Source: an uncultured bacterium
GTDB taxonomy: Bacteria > Patescibacteriota > Minisyncoccia > Phycocordibacterales > GWA1-40-21
Reading direction: 5' to 3'
DNA length: 64,000 nt
Assembly (NCBI GenBank): GCA_963716205.1
Contig: OY970290.1
Span: forward strand, 520,322 to 584,321
Shown: in pieces, positions 20,009 through 30,125 of the stretch
Position numbering within the stretch: position 1 is the first letter of the stretch
Layout: every line of letters starts with the position of its first letter
Translations under genes and position numbers: made by a program
Notes under the pieces: model-generated
Databases searched by the model: none
Told to the model about the DNA's origin: nothing
Seen by the model: only the letters and a program-made list of their open reading frames with translations

Positions 20009-22012
20009 ATGGTACAAGACAAATTCAACGGGCAACAGAGAAATTTCGGTCGAGGAAGATCTGATCGACAAAATTCCGGCGGAGGAAATTATCCGCCAAG
20101 CCGATCGTATTCGCCGATACCAGTGCGACCGACGCATTCGTATTCTTCCGAAGACGCAAAAATCTTCAACAGCGCAAATCCCGAAGAACAAAAAGACAAA
20201 AAAATTGTTTTTGTCAGAAAGAGCCAACCACATGGACACGGACACAGCAATCGCAATAAGCCCGTAGAAAGAAAAAACGCTCCGATGAGGAAAGTGACTT
20301 CAGAATTCGCCGCGCGCAAAGAGCATACCATTCCACCGATAGCGGAAGGTGTTATACGAATCATACCGCTTGGCGGAGTGGAGGAAATTGGAAAAAATAT
20401 GACTGCGATCGAATATGGGGACGATATTGTCATCATTGATGCCGGACTCCAATTCAAAACCGAGGATACGCCGGGTATCGATTACATACTTCCCAATACA
20501 AAATATCTCGAACAAAGAAAAAATAAAATACGCGGACTTATCATCACGCACGGCCACTTGGATCATATCGGTGCAATACCGTTTATCATGGAACTCATCG
20601 GCAATCCGCCGATCTACACCAGAGAATTTGCGGCGCTCTTGATCAAAAAGAGACAGAGTGAGTTTCCTCATCTGCCGGAACTCAATATTAAAATCGTCGA
20701 TGCACAAACAAGTTTTTTGCCGATCACGCAAAACATAAAAATAAGATTTTTTGGCGTCACTCATTCGATCCCGGAATCGACTGGCATCATTGTGGAAACT
20801 CCCGTCGGAGATATCGTCTCAACCGGAGATGTCAGGATCGACAATAACAACGGCATACCGACTGACGAGGAAACAGACCAATATAAAATTTTTAAAGACA
20901 GAAATGTTCTGTTGCTTCTGGTTGATTCGACCGGCATCGACAAATACGGCTGGGGAATTTCCGAGGAAGTTGTCATATCGACAATCGATAAACTCATCAA
21001 AGACGCGCCGGGAAGAGTTGTCATCGGAACGTTTGCTTCGCAAGTCGAACGCATTTTAGGATTTCTGACGATTGCTAAAAAATATGAAAAGAAAATTATT
21101 ATTGAGGGACGTTCGATGAAAAACAATGTTGAGATTATTAAATTCCTCAAACTTGCCAATACCGATAACATCATTGCTATTGAAGATATTGCCAATTATC
21201 CCTCGCACAAGATCGTCATTATCGCGACCGGTGCCCAAGGCGATGAATTCGCCGCGCTCATGAGAATGTCAAACGACTCGCACAAATATATCAAGCTGAA
21301 TAAAACCGACACGATTATTCTTTCCTCTTCAGTCATTCCAGGAAATGAAAAAGCGGTTGAAGGATTGAAAGACAATCTGTATCGCCACGACTCGCGCATC
21401 ATTACCTATGCGGACGGCGATGTGCATGCGGGAGGTCACGGCAAGCGGGACGAGCTCACGTGGCTGCACAAAAATATTCCTCACAAATTCCTTATGCCGG
21501 TACACGGCAATCATGCCCGTCTGAAAATGCATGCGGAGCTCGCGGTCGCAGGCGGCATGAAGCGAGAGGATATCATTGTGCCAGATGACGGCTCGATCGT
21601 CGAAATCACTGACAATGGAACAAAAATAGGCATGAGAAAAGAAAAAGCTCCGTCGGGGATCGTCATGGTTGACGGATTTTCAGTCGGTGATGTGCAGGAG
21701 GTTGTCATTCGAGACCGCCAAATGCTCGCACAGGACGGCATGTTTGTCATCGTCGCTTCCATCGATGTGAATACAGGCAAATTGAGAAAATCACCGGACC
21801 TCATCTCGCGCGGATTCGTTTATCTGAAAGAATCGCAGGACCTTTTGAAGCAAACGAGATTCATCATCAAAAAAACAGTCGAGGAAGGAGCCATCGGCAA
21901 TCCGATTAATTTCGATATGCTGAAAGATGCTATCACAGACAATGTCGCGCGATATCTGTTTCAGGAAACCGCAAAAAAACCGATGGTCATCCCTGTCGTC
22001 ATCGGAGTGTAA
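20009..22012 (+). CDS. rnj: Ribonuclease J (metallo-beta-lactamase/beta-CASP) with a low-complexity N-terminal extension
   Basis: THGHLDHIGAIPF motif, beta-CASP and C-terminal domain. Gly/Arg/Ser-rich N-terminus. Confidence 0.9.
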   Translation: MVQDKFNGQQRNFGRGRSDRQNSGGGNYPPSRSYSPIPVRPTHSYSSEDAKIFNSANPEEQKDKKIVFVRKSQPHGHGHSNRNKPVERKNAPMRKVTSEFAARKEHTIPPIAEGVIRIIPLGGVEEIGKNMTAIEYGDDIVIIDAGLQFKTEDTPGIDYILPNTKYLEQRKNKIRGLIITHGHLDHIGAIPFIMELIGNPPIYTREFAALLIKKRQSEFPHLPELNIKIVDAQTSFLPITQNIKIRFFGVTHSIPESTGIIVETPVGDIVSTGDVRIDNNNGIPTDEETDQYKIFKDRNVLLLLVDSTGIDKYGWGISEEVVISTIDKLIKDAPGRVVIGTFASQVERILGFLTIAKKYEKKIIIEGRSMKNNVEIIKFLKLANTDNIIAIEDIANYPSHKIVIIATGAQGDEFAALMRMSNDSHKYIKLNKTDTIILSSSVIPGNEKAVEGLKDNLYRHDSRIITYADGDVHAGGHGKRDELTWLHKNIPHKFLMPVHGNHARLKMHAELAVAGGMKREDIIVPDDGSIVEITDNGTKIGMRKEKAPSGIVMVDGFSVGDVQEVVIRDRQMLAQDGMFVIVASIDVNTGKLRKSPDLISRGFVYLKESQDLLKQTRFIIKKTVEEGAIGNPINFDMLKDAITDNVARYLFQETAKKPMVIPVVIGV

Positions 22013-22014
22013 TT

Positions 22015-23184
22015 TTATTTCGTATCTATGATAGCCACGCTGTAGCGCAAACCAAAAAGCATCAGGAATCCGAGTGCGAAGAAAATATATTGTATTTTGA
22101 AATACCAGAGAAATACGATGGCAACAAGCGGCGCAACACCATATGCAACGAGTGACATCAGGCGATACATGGTGATGATGTCGACATTCTTCTCGCCGAT
22201 TTTTTTGAAAAAATAGGTGTCAGACATGACTTGCACAAGCGCTGCGCCAATTCTTGTCATGCACAAAAGTATCGCCCAGATCAAAAAACTTTTGCCGCCG
22301 ACAAGCGGGATCAATGCGCATGATATTGCCATGATGACAAATCCGATCGAAAGCATTTCCTTTTCGCCGTATTTTTTATCAGCAAGCTCCCCCGCCGGCA
22401 CTTGGATAAAGACAAACGGCACCAGCATAATCGTGAACATGGCGCCGATCGTCACCCAGCTGAAACCGATATATTTGTTCAAATACAACGGCGTATAAAT
22501 GACCATCCACGCAAAGAAAAAATTCAACAGAAACGACGAGGCAAAAATGGACCGGATATCTTTATTCGCCCGCACATCGCGAACAGTCGCAAGAAATTTC
22601 AGATTGGAATATTCCGGATCTTTGAATCCTTTCAGATTATATGAAACGAGCAGCGTTGTCGGGATCATAACCGCAGTCGCCGCCAAAAATACTTTCCAAT
22701 ATGAAGAAGTGCCGATTAAAAGTCCTGAAAGCCACGGCGAAAAGAGATAGGCAATGTTGATCGCGGTCAAATAAAAACTTCTGATCCTTCCGGTGTCAAA
22801 ATTAAACGAATTATGTTCGATAAAAACATCGAGACATAAGCTGATGAGTGTCGTCGTAATGTAGCTCACAATAAAGCATAAAATAATGACATACGCATTT
22901 TTTGAAAAAGTGATGCCCAAAAGAGCAAAAAATGTCAGGATGCAAAGATATAGCGTCAGCTTATAATTGCCGTATTTCCGGAACAATTGCGGCATAAATA
23001 CAAAAACGATAATCGTCGCGATCGCACAAAATACGTAAATGATTCCGGTCGCCTGCTCGCTCGTAAGCCCTGCAAGAAATGTCGAGCTGATGTAGTTCGG
23101 CAGAGACGAAGAAAAAGTAAAAACAAAACTCAATACGTAGAGGACGAAAAGTGCCGGCGCGGTAAAACGAAATATTTTTTTCAT
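22015..23184 (-). CDS. MFS transporter
   Basis: About 12 predicted TM helices, MFS-type loop between TM2 and TM3. Confidence 0.7.
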   Translation of the reverse strand: MKKIFRFTAPALFVLYVLSFVFTFSSSLPNYISSTFLAGLTSEQATGIIYVFCAIATIIVFVFMPQLFRKYGNYKLTLYLCILTFFALLGITFSKNAYVIILCFIVSYITTTLISLCLDVFIEHNSFNFDTGRIRSFYLTAINIAYLFSPWLSGLLIGTSSYWKVFLAATAVMIPTTLLVSYNLKGFKDPEYSNLKFLATVRDVRANKDIRSIFASSFLLNFFFAWMVIYTPLYLNKYIGFSWVTIGAMFTIMLVPFVFIQVPAGELADKKYGEKEMLSIGFVIMAISCALIPLVGGKSFLIWAILLCMTRIGAALVQVMSDTYFFKKIGEKNVDIITMYRLMSLVAYGVAPLVAIVFLWYFKIQYIFFALGFLMLFGLRYSVAIIDTK

Positions 23185-23190
23185 ACGATA

Positions 23191-23637
23191 TTATTTCAAA
23201 ATAACCTGAATGAATTTTTCCTGATTAAGCTGTCGATTTCCGCTCGGGTTGTCATTTTTGAGCATGATCAATCCGCGGTCAGTCGTCGTGGCTTTCGGAT
23301 AAACAAGTGTCGCCGAAAAATCAATGATACTTGTCGTCGCCCAGTCTCCTGGTGTTTGCGCGGTTGTCGTCGCAATGACATCGCCGTTCGAATCAAAAAG
23401 CTCAACGGGAAACGAACCTTCGAAAAACCAATTGCCGGAAACTTTCCCGCTTATCCGTATCGGGCTCGTCACCGTTTCTCCGTCAATCGGAGAAAAAATA
23501 TCGGGTGTATCGGAAGCCACTGTATTTTGATCCGTCATCGGAATACGCGCGTCATTTTTGCCCCAGTCAAAAATAAATGTGCAAGCGGCGAGCGCCACTA
23601 TCAGCACGACAAGAATAAAAACGATGATTTTTTTCAT
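23191..23637 (-). CDS. Secreted Gmad2-type immunoglobulin-like domain protein
   Basis: Start re-placed at ATG 23637 (MKKIIVFILVVLIVALAAC signal/anchor). Gmad2-like block PIRISGKVSGNWFFEGSFPVELFDSNGDVIA. Confidence 0.55.
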   Translation of the reverse strand: MKKIIVFILVVLIVALAACTFIFDWGKNDARIPMTDQNTVASDTPDIFSPIDGETVTSPIRISGKVSGNWFFEGSFPVELFDSNGDVIATTTAQTPGDWATTSIIDFSATLVYPKATTTDRGLIMLKNDNPSGNRQLNQEKFIQVILK

Positions 23638-23641
23638 GTAT

Positions 23642-24058
23642 TTATTGCGGCAAGGCGCAGCCGGTCGATGAAGCAAGCAATTTCATTGTCGCATCGCCAT
23701 CAAAACCGACATCAATGATCGTTGAGGAACCGAGAATCCATGTTGGATATCCTTGTACTCCTTTGTCAATGCAAAGCTGCGTGTTGTTCGGACATTCAAC
23801 ATATTTTACATACTGGAACGAATTGCCGAACGTTGCCTTTAATGCCTGGCAATGCGGACACCATGACGCGCCATACATTACCGCGCCGGCATTTGTCAGA
23901 CACTCTGCAAACGCATCATATGTGCTTGAAGCATTTGAATATGAAACCGTACCTGCACTTTTTGTATTGACGAGTGCGAATATGATGACTGCCGCCGCAA
24001 TAACGACCGCCGCGCCCATGATTATTTTATTCTGCCTGCTGATTTCATTTTTTTCCAT
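23642..24058 (-). CDS. Membrane-anchored thioredoxin-fold thiol:disulfide oxidoreductase
   Basis: N-terminal TM. WCPHC active site (YGASWCPHCQALK). Confidence 0.65.
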   Translation of the reverse strand: MEKNEISRQNKIIMGAAVVIAAAVIIFALVNTKSAGTVSYSNASSTYDAFAECLTNAGAVMYGASWCPHCQALKATFGNSFQYVKYVECPNNTQLCIDKGVQGYPTWILGSSTIIDVGFDGDATMKLLASSTGCALPQ

Positions 24059-24077
24059 ATATTTTTTATTATTATAA

Positions 24078-24575
24078 TTATTCCTTGCAACAATCGATAA
24101 GCCTGCTCATGATATCTTTCATATTCATCGGCTGATTTTCATCTATTTTTTTAATATTGGAAACATTGATGATTTTTAATCTAAGGGCAAAAAACATGTT
24201 GAACATTTTATACGCTTCTTCAAACATTTCCTTCGCTTCGTCTTTCTTGTCGCTTGCCTCCAGCTTCGTGCCGACTTCAAAAAGCCGCATTGAAGTCGCA
24301 AGCAGATGTTTGGATATGCACCAGCTTTCTCCTTCTGTTTTCTCTATCATTTTTGCCAAAAGTTTCGTTCGCACCGATCGAACTTCAAGAAGCAAATCGA
24401 AATATTCCGGCTTGTCCGTCTTTGCGCCAGTAAAGAAAAAATGCTCCTCGAGACTGACGAGATTCATGATTGCAATGGCGAGATCTTCCTCGGTCGACAG
24501 ATCAAAATTTCTGCCTTTTTTCAGTTCTTCGATTTTCTTCAGAACTTCCTCATAATGTAAATTATTCTCCTGCAT
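24078..24575 (-). CDS. Hypothetical protein (helical/coiled-coil)
   Basis: 165 aa, no recognisable motif. Sits between the thioredoxin and CcdA genes. Confidence 0.4.
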   Translation of the reverse strand: MQENNLHYEEVLKKIEELKKGRNFDLSTEEDLAIAIMNLVSLEEHFFFTGAKTDKPEYFDLLLEVRSVRTKLLAKMIEKTEGESWCISKHLLATSMRLFEVGTKLEASDKKDEAKEMFEEAYKMFNMFFALRLKIINVSNIKKIDENQPMNMKDIMSRLIDCCKE

Positions 24576-24579
24576 ATTT

Positions 24580-25365
24580 TTATTGTATCACAAAAATCAG
24601 CAAGCCCAAAAGGATCATGATGAGCGCAAGCCAGATCCTCGCTTTTTTGGTTTCCGCTTTGCGAATTGTGTCCATCGTGTTGAGAACTTTTTTGTTTGAG
24701 GCGATGAGAAGCGCAATGAAAAGCGGAAGAACAAATACAAGATTATAAAATATCAGATACGCCAGTCCCGTCCAAAATTGATGCTGATCATGCAGAAGTC
24801 CGAGAACAAATAAATACGGTCCGCCCGTGCACGGGAATTCAAAAAGTCCGACAACAACGCCGAGCACGAATGTCGCCGGCAAAGTGGCTTTTTCCATCAA
24901 AGTCGCAATCCTTCCGTAGGCAAAATCGGGGATTTTTAATTTAATTGGAAAGTTCGGCACGAATTCATTGATCAGATTGATAACGCCGAAAAGAATGATG
25001 CATGTCGCGCCGACTTTAGACATCAGATCCGGAATATTGAAAATGGAAAGCACGCGCAAGATGCCAAGACCGATGAGCACATAGGTGGCAAAAATTCCGA
25101 AGACATATGAAAGCCCCGCTTGGAATATTTTCGTCCGAGATCTGCCGATACTGAAAAGAAATGCGACTGTCAGAAATAAAACCGAAAAAGCGCACGGATT
25201 GACGCTATCTACAAGTGCCGCGATCGCAATAAGTGCCGGCAGCCATCCTTTGTAGGTGCGGATATCCGGTGCATGAAAATGAAAAACTCCGGAATACAAA
25301 AGTATCAAAAATCCGAAAATGACCACAAACAGGCTTACTGCGATTATTTTATTCTTGTCCGCCAT
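24580..25365 (-). CDS. ccdA: Cytochrome c biogenesis protein CcdA / DsbD-type transmembrane electron transporter
   Basis: DsbD-family TM domain with conserved NPCAFSVL Cys and a second Cys in FPCTGGPYL. Confidence 0.8.
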   Translation of the reverse strand: MADKNKIIAVSLFVVIFGFLILLYSGVFHFHAPDIRTYKGWLPALIAIAALVDSVNPCAFSVLFLTVAFLFSIGRSRTKIFQAGLSYVFGIFATYVLIGLGILRVLSIFNIPDLMSKVGATCIILFGVINLINEFVPNFPIKLKIPDFAYGRIATLMEKATLPATFVLGVVVGLFEFPCTGGPYLFVLGLLHDQHQFWTGLAYLIFYNLVFVLPLFIALLIASNKKVLNTMDTIRKAETKKARIWLALIMILLGLLIFVIQ

Positions 25366-25387
25366 GGAGCGATTATATCATACGGAT

Positions 25388-26308
25388 TTATTTTTCATGC
25401 ACCGCATGGCCGCCGAAATGTTTCCGCAAAAGTGCGACGAGTTTATTGGAAAATTTATTCTGATTTTTCGGATCGGCGGATTCTGCGCGGACATTGACCG
25501 CATCAGCAATTATCCTCGCATCCACACCAAGCTCTTTTGCAATTTTTACCGTCCACTCGCCCTCTCCGGTCGAATCGATTTTCCCCGAAGTGTTTTTGAT
25601 ATCTTCATTCTTAAAAATATCGGCGCACAAATCAACAAGCCAGCTGCGCACGACAGAACCTTTCTGATATATGCGCGTTACATCGGAAAGATTCAAGACA
25701 AACGGACTTGCATCGAGAACGGCGTATCCTTCGGCAATCGCTTCCATCATGCCGTATTCAATGCCGTTGTGAACCATTTTGGTGAAATGCCCCGCGCCGG
25801 ATTTCCCCAGATACGCATAATTGTCGCCGGATGAAAGTGATTTTATAATCGGTTCAATACTATCCCATTTTTCTTTTGGTCCGCCGACCATTAAAGCAAA
25901 ACCGTTTTTTTCTCCCCAAATACCGCCTGATGTGCCGCAGTCAAAAAAATCCACGCCGATTTTTGCCAATTTTTCCGCCCGTTCCATACTGTTTTTGTAA
26001 AAAGAATTTCCGCCGTCAATGACAATGTCTTCTTTTTTCAAATGTCCGCCAAGATGCTCCGGACTAAAAATAAATTCATCGACGATTTCCGCCGGAAGCA
26101 TAATCCAGAAAATTCTCGGTTCTCCATTTATCTTTTCCACCGCTTCTTTTATCTCCGTCGTCGCAAAAATTCCCGTTTTTTTTATTTCAGTGACTGCTTC
26201 AACAGAACGATTCCAGCCGATGACATCAAAACCGCCCGCATGTAATCGTCTTGCAATCTGGCTTCCCATTTTTCCAAGTCCGAACACTGTGATTGGCTGT
26301 TTTTTCAT
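25388..26308 (-). CDS. gnd: 6-phosphogluconate dehydrogenase, short (Gnd-like/YqeC) form
   Basis: N-terminal Rossmann VFGLGKMGSQIARRL. 6PGDH signature GKSGAGHFTKMVHNGIEYGMM. The ATG at 26308 overlaps the zwf stop by 1 nt. Confidence 0.8.
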   Translation of the reverse strand: MKKQPITVFGLGKMGSQIARRLHAGGFDVIGWNRSVEAVTEIKKTGIFATTEIKEAVEKINGEPRIFWIMLPAEIVDEFIFSPEHLGGHLKKEDIVIDGGNSFYKNSMERAEKLAKIGVDFFDCGTSGGIWGEKNGFALMVGGPKEKWDSIEPIIKSLSSGDNYAYLGKSGAGHFTKMVHNGIEYGMMEAIAEGYAVLDASPFVLNLSDVTRIYQKGSVVRSWLVDLCADIFKNEDIKNTSGKIDSTGEGEWTVKIAKELGVDARIIADAVNVRAESADPKNQNKFSNKLVALLRKHFGGHAVHEK

Positions 26309-27690
26309 TATGATTTCCAAAAAATATTATTTTTTTGCGACCATGCCTCAAATTCTTTCGGGCCATTGCCGCCGACTGAATATGAAAACACCGGCAATTT
26401 TTCCCGCTTCACCGCATCGACGATTTTCCACGAATATTCCATCTCATCTTTACCGATAAAAAACGACTGCTCACCCCGGAGCGCTTCATCGATGAGGACG
26501 ACATAGGCATCCATATTGTGCGGACCATATGCGTCATGATTATAATCAAGATCGATTGTCTGTATTTCGTAATTGCCGGTCTGTGCTTTCGAATTTATTT
26601 CAAATGCGAATCCTTCGTTCGGCTCGACGCGGATCGTCAGATAATTGTTGTCGGACGGGCATGTTTTGGAAAGCAAACATTCCACTCCTTTGAATCTGAT
26701 GTGCGCAATGGTCTGCTTTTTCGCCAAATTTTTCCCTGCGCGGATGAAAAACGGCACGCCTTTCCATCGCGAATTATTTATTTCAAGCTTTGCCGCAAAA
26801 AATGTGTCGGTTTTTGAATCCGGCTTTACAAACTGCTCGTTTGTATATTCTTCATATTGCCCGAAAATACTATCGGTGATTTTCGTCATTTTCAAAACAT
26901 CGGCTTTCTTTTCTCTGATATGCTCGCCTGTCAGCCGATCCGGCGACTCCATGGCGAGAAGCGCGAGTATTTGCAAAGCGTGACTTTGCATCATATCTTT
27001 CATCGCGCCGTAGCTGTCGTAATATTTTCCGCGCCCTTTGATGCCAAAATTCTCATCGAGAATGATCTGCACCGAGTCCACATCGCGGCGGCTCCAGAGT
27101 GGCTCGAGAATTCTATTGGTAAAACGCAAAAGAGCTATATTTGCCACGAGCTCTTTGCCGAGATAATGATCCGCTCGGTAAATATTTTTCTCGTCAAAAA
27201 TTGTGCCGATGCATGCATTGATCTTTTTCGCGGAAGTCAAATTATGTCCGAACGGCTTTTCATAAATGACTCTTTGGATTTTCCCCGCACCGCCGACAAG
27301 CCCGACTTTTGAGAGATTGCGCGTAATGGATTCGAAATTCTCCGGAAGTGTCGCGAGATAAAATAATCTATTGCCGGATAAAACATTTTTTGTTTCTATT
27401 TCATCGATTTTGCTTTTCAAATTTACATAATCTTCCGGCATACCGAAATTGACTTTGCAATACATGAAAGAATTTTTCAGAATATTCCAGATGTTTTCAT
27501 CAATCTCTGTAATATTTTTCTTCACTTCATCGAGAATCATATTTGCATCTCGTTCGCTTGATGCCGTGCCGATCAATGAAAATTTCCCTATCTTTTTCGA
27601 TTTGATGAGTTCATATATTGCCGGAATAAGCTTGAGCTTCGCCAAGTCCCCCGTCACGCCGAGTATTACGATGGTGCAATTTTCGTTCAT
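26308..27690 (-). CDS. zwf: Glucose-6-phosphate 1-dehydrogenase
   Basis: VILGVTGDLAKLKLIPAIY NADP site and DHYLGKE active-site motif. Confidence 0.9.
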   Translation of the reverse strand: MNENCTIVILGVTGDLAKLKLIPAIYELIKSKKIGKFSLIGTASSERDANMILDEVKKNITEIDENIWNILKNSFMYCKVNFGMPEDYVNLKSKIDEIETKNVLSGNRLFYLATLPENFESITRNLSKVGLVGGAGKIQRVIYEKPFGHNLTSAKKINACIGTIFDEKNIYRADHYLGKELVANIALLRFTNRILEPLWSRRDVDSVQIILDENFGIKGRGKYYDSYGAMKDMMQSHALQILALLAMESPDRLTGEHIREKKADVLKMTKITDSIFGQYEEYTNEQFVKPDSKTDTFFAAKLEINNSRWKGVPFFIRAGKNLAKKQTIAHIRFKGVECLLSKTCPSDNNYLTIRVEPNEGFAFEINSKAQTGNYEIQTIDLDYNHDAYGPHNMDAYVVLIDEALRGEQSFFIGKDEMEYSWKIVDAVKREKLPVFSYSVGGNGPKEFEAWSQKNNIFWKS

Positions 27691-27694
27691 ATCT

Positions 27695-28582
27695 CTATTC
27701 TACTATGACACTTAACTTCTCACCAAAGATTTTTGATGCTTCTTCAATATATCGCTCAATATTTTCCTTGAAATACGGCGGGTTGGCTTTTTGGATCTGC
27801 CCGATGACATAATACCCGACTGCCAAAAGCGTGCCGTAGCTGAAGCCTTCCGGCAATTCAATATGCAATCTGTTTTTACCGAATATTTCATCGTGATATC
27901 CAAGACCGATGAATAATTCCGCATCTGACGGTTCCACCGTCTTTGCATGCTTGGTCTCATCCGGCGTGAATACTCGGCCGAGCAGGTTCGGACCGAAGAG
28001 CTCGTCAAACTTGGTCAGGAAAAATTCACGAATATCTTCAAACTCATCGGAAATAAGAATGAAAAATGCTTTGTATTTTGAAAGATCATTCGGAATCGTA
28101 TTTTTTATTTTTTCTATCGCGCCCATTATCATTTTTGGATCTTCGCCTGTTTTGCCAAGAATCATGCCGAGATATGTCGAGGTGTTGTAAGTATATGGCT
28201 CCGGATTTTTGGCAAAAACATGGACCTCGTCAACTATTTTTCCAGCTGCGGAATTTTCTGTATTCGTCAAAAGGACTGTTTTAATTCCTCTTTTCTTTAA
28301 TTCAGCCGCAATGATCGGTGCGTGCTTGCCGCCGGAAGCGGAAATCAAAATAGCTCCGTCAATTGCCTTAATTGAGTCCAATTTCTGCACATAATTGCTC
28401 TCATCGGCAAAGACAGCGTCAGTGTCTTCAAAAATAATTTTTCCCGTTACTGCTGCATTACCGCTCCCCACCACGATTGGCCGCGCGAAGCTCGGCAATT
28501 CCAATTTTGGAATACCTTTTTCAATAAAAAGATTGAGCGCATTGAGAACGCATTCATCGAGGTTGATAAGTTCTTCTTTCAT
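27695..28582 (-). CDS. SIS-domain sugar-phosphate isomerase-like protein (possibly a bifunctional phosphoglucose/phosphomannose isomerase)
   Basis: SIS-like block ILISASGGKHAPIIAAELKKRGIKTVLLTN. Adjacent to zwf/gnd. Family assignment not secure. Confidence 0.45.
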   Translation of the reverse strand: MKEELINLDECVLNALNLFIEKGIPKLELPSFARPIVVGSGNAAVTGKIIFEDTDAVFADESNYVQKLDSIKAIDGAILISASGGKHAPIIAAELKKRGIKTVLLTNTENSAAGKIVDEVHVFAKNPEPYTYNTSTYLGMILGKTGEDPKMIMGAIEKIKNTIPNDLSKYKAFFILISDEFEDIREFFLTKFDELFGPNLLGRVFTPDETKHAKTVEPSDAELFIGLGYHDEIFGKNRLHIELPEGFSYGTLLAVGYYVIGQIQKANPPYFKENIERYIEEASKIFGEKLSVIVE

Positions 28583-28600
28583 AATTTTATTTTATCATAA

Positions 28601-30124
28601 TTACATAAACCCTGGGAAGAAGTCAGTTTTGATATGGGATTTGTGAACACCAATCTTTTTCAATTCGATATCTGCGGTTACAACCATATCTCGCGTGCCG
28701 GAAATATAAAAATGTCTGTCGTGGAAATCCGGAATCGTTTTTGCAATCATCTCCCCCATTATTCTGCCGTTTGCATAATTCTGATTTGATGCCTGATTGT
28801 CCCGCGTCAAAAAATAAATCGTCTTCAATCCGATTTTTGTCCGAGCATCTTCAAAAATATCTTTGTAGGCAATGTCGGCAAGGGTCAGATTGGAATACAG
28901 AAATACAATATCCCTTTTTTCGCCAATATCAATCAGATATTTGATCATGCTTCGAAACGGCGTCACGCCGATGCCCCCGGCAATGAAAACTAGTTTCTCT
29001 TTTCTATTTCTCGGCATAGTAAAATCTCCAGCAAGCCCGCTCGCGACAATCGTATCTCCTTTCTGAAAATCGAGAATTTCTTTTTTGAACGTGCTTCCGT
29101 TCTCATAAAATTTCACACCGAGATGAATTTCATTTTCCGTCGGCGAGGATGCAATCGTGAAATATCGGCGATTGCCGCGACTGTCAGTATTTTCATGTCC
29201 GAGCGTCCATTCCAAATATTGCCCGGGAACAAATGAGACCTTTTTATCGGCCGCAAAAACAAAATCATAAATATTCGAGGTCAGCTGTATTTTTTCTTTG
29301 AGCGTCAATATTGATTTTACTTTCGGACTGACAAGGTAGGAAAAAATATTGCCGAGGATCAAAGCGATCTCCGGCGTCATGTAAATATTTCCAAAGTGAA
29401 TGAACGGCGCAAAAAAAATCCCGATCAAAATTCCGTACATGATCCGCAAGCTTCTCGTCGGCGGAGTGGTGAGCGGCTCGGTGAGCATTACTGTTGCAAA
29501 AAAGAAAACTGGTGTATCAAGGGCAATTCTTACCAGATAACTTGGAATGGCAAAAAGATTCGTCACCTGCACCGACAAAATAACAATTATTGCAACTGCC
29601 AGAAAAGATAAAACCAAATCTTCCCGCATGGTCTTTCTGGTAATCAAAAATCCGGCAACAAGCACGAACGGCAACATAATAGCGGTGCCGATCCACCAGC
29701 TCGCGGTAAAATTAAAAAGAAATGCCGTCGCAACAACAGCAATTGCTGCGGGATTAAATACATGTTTTTTGCCGATTGCAAAAATATATTTTGATGCACT
29801 GGCAATTGATGACGCCCAAAATGCAAACCAAATGAAATTCACATCTGCCGGCGATTTGAGCGGTGTGATGATAAGCGCAAGGATCAAAGCGGTGATATAA
29901 ACCGACTCAACATTCGTCTGTGCATTGAACACTTTTGCAAAAATCGCATTGCTGACAATGGAAACTGCAAGAATAAACAATGTGCTGACAACAAGTGCAA
30001 ACGGCGTGAACGGCAAAGAGCCAAAAAAACTGATGCAAAACGCCACGAAAAGAAGCGCAATCAAAGAATAAAGTACTATTCGATACATCGTAATCCTGTT
30101 CAAAAAATTGTCGATATATTTCAT
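28601..30124 (-). CDS. Membrane-embedded flavoprotein oxidoreductase: polytopic N-terminal domain fused to an FNR-type FAD- and NAD(P)-binding module
   Basis: About 8 TM helices in the first ~290 aa. Then RRYFTIASSP (RxYS FAD motif), FIAGGIGVTPF (NAD(P) GGxGxxP) and a C-terminal FNR fold. Confidence 0.7.
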   Translation of the reverse strand: MKYIDNFLNRITMYRIVLYSLIALLFVAFCISFFGSLPFTPFALVVSTLFILAVSIVSNAIFAKVFNAQTNVESVYITALILALIITPLKSPADVNFIWFAFWASSIASASKYIFAIGKKHVFNPAAIAVVATAFLFNFTASWWIGTAIMLPFVLVAGFLITRKTMREDLVLSFLAVAIIVILSVQVTNLFAIPSYLVRIALDTPVFFFATVMLTEPLTTPPTRSLRIMYGILIGIFFAPFIHFGNIYMTPEIALILGNIFSYLVSPKVKSILTLKEKIQLTSNIYDFVFAADKKVSFVPGQYLEWTLGHENTDSRGNRRYFTIASSPTENEIHLGVKFYENGSTFKKEILDFQKGDTIVASGLAGDFTMPRNRKEKLVFIAGGIGVTPFRSMIKYLIDIGEKRDIVFLYSNLTLADIAYKDIFEDARTKIGLKTIYFLTRDNQASNQNYANGRIMGEMIAKTIPDFHDRHFYISGTRDMVVTADIELKKIGVHKSHIKTDFFPGFM

Positions 30125-30125
30125 A

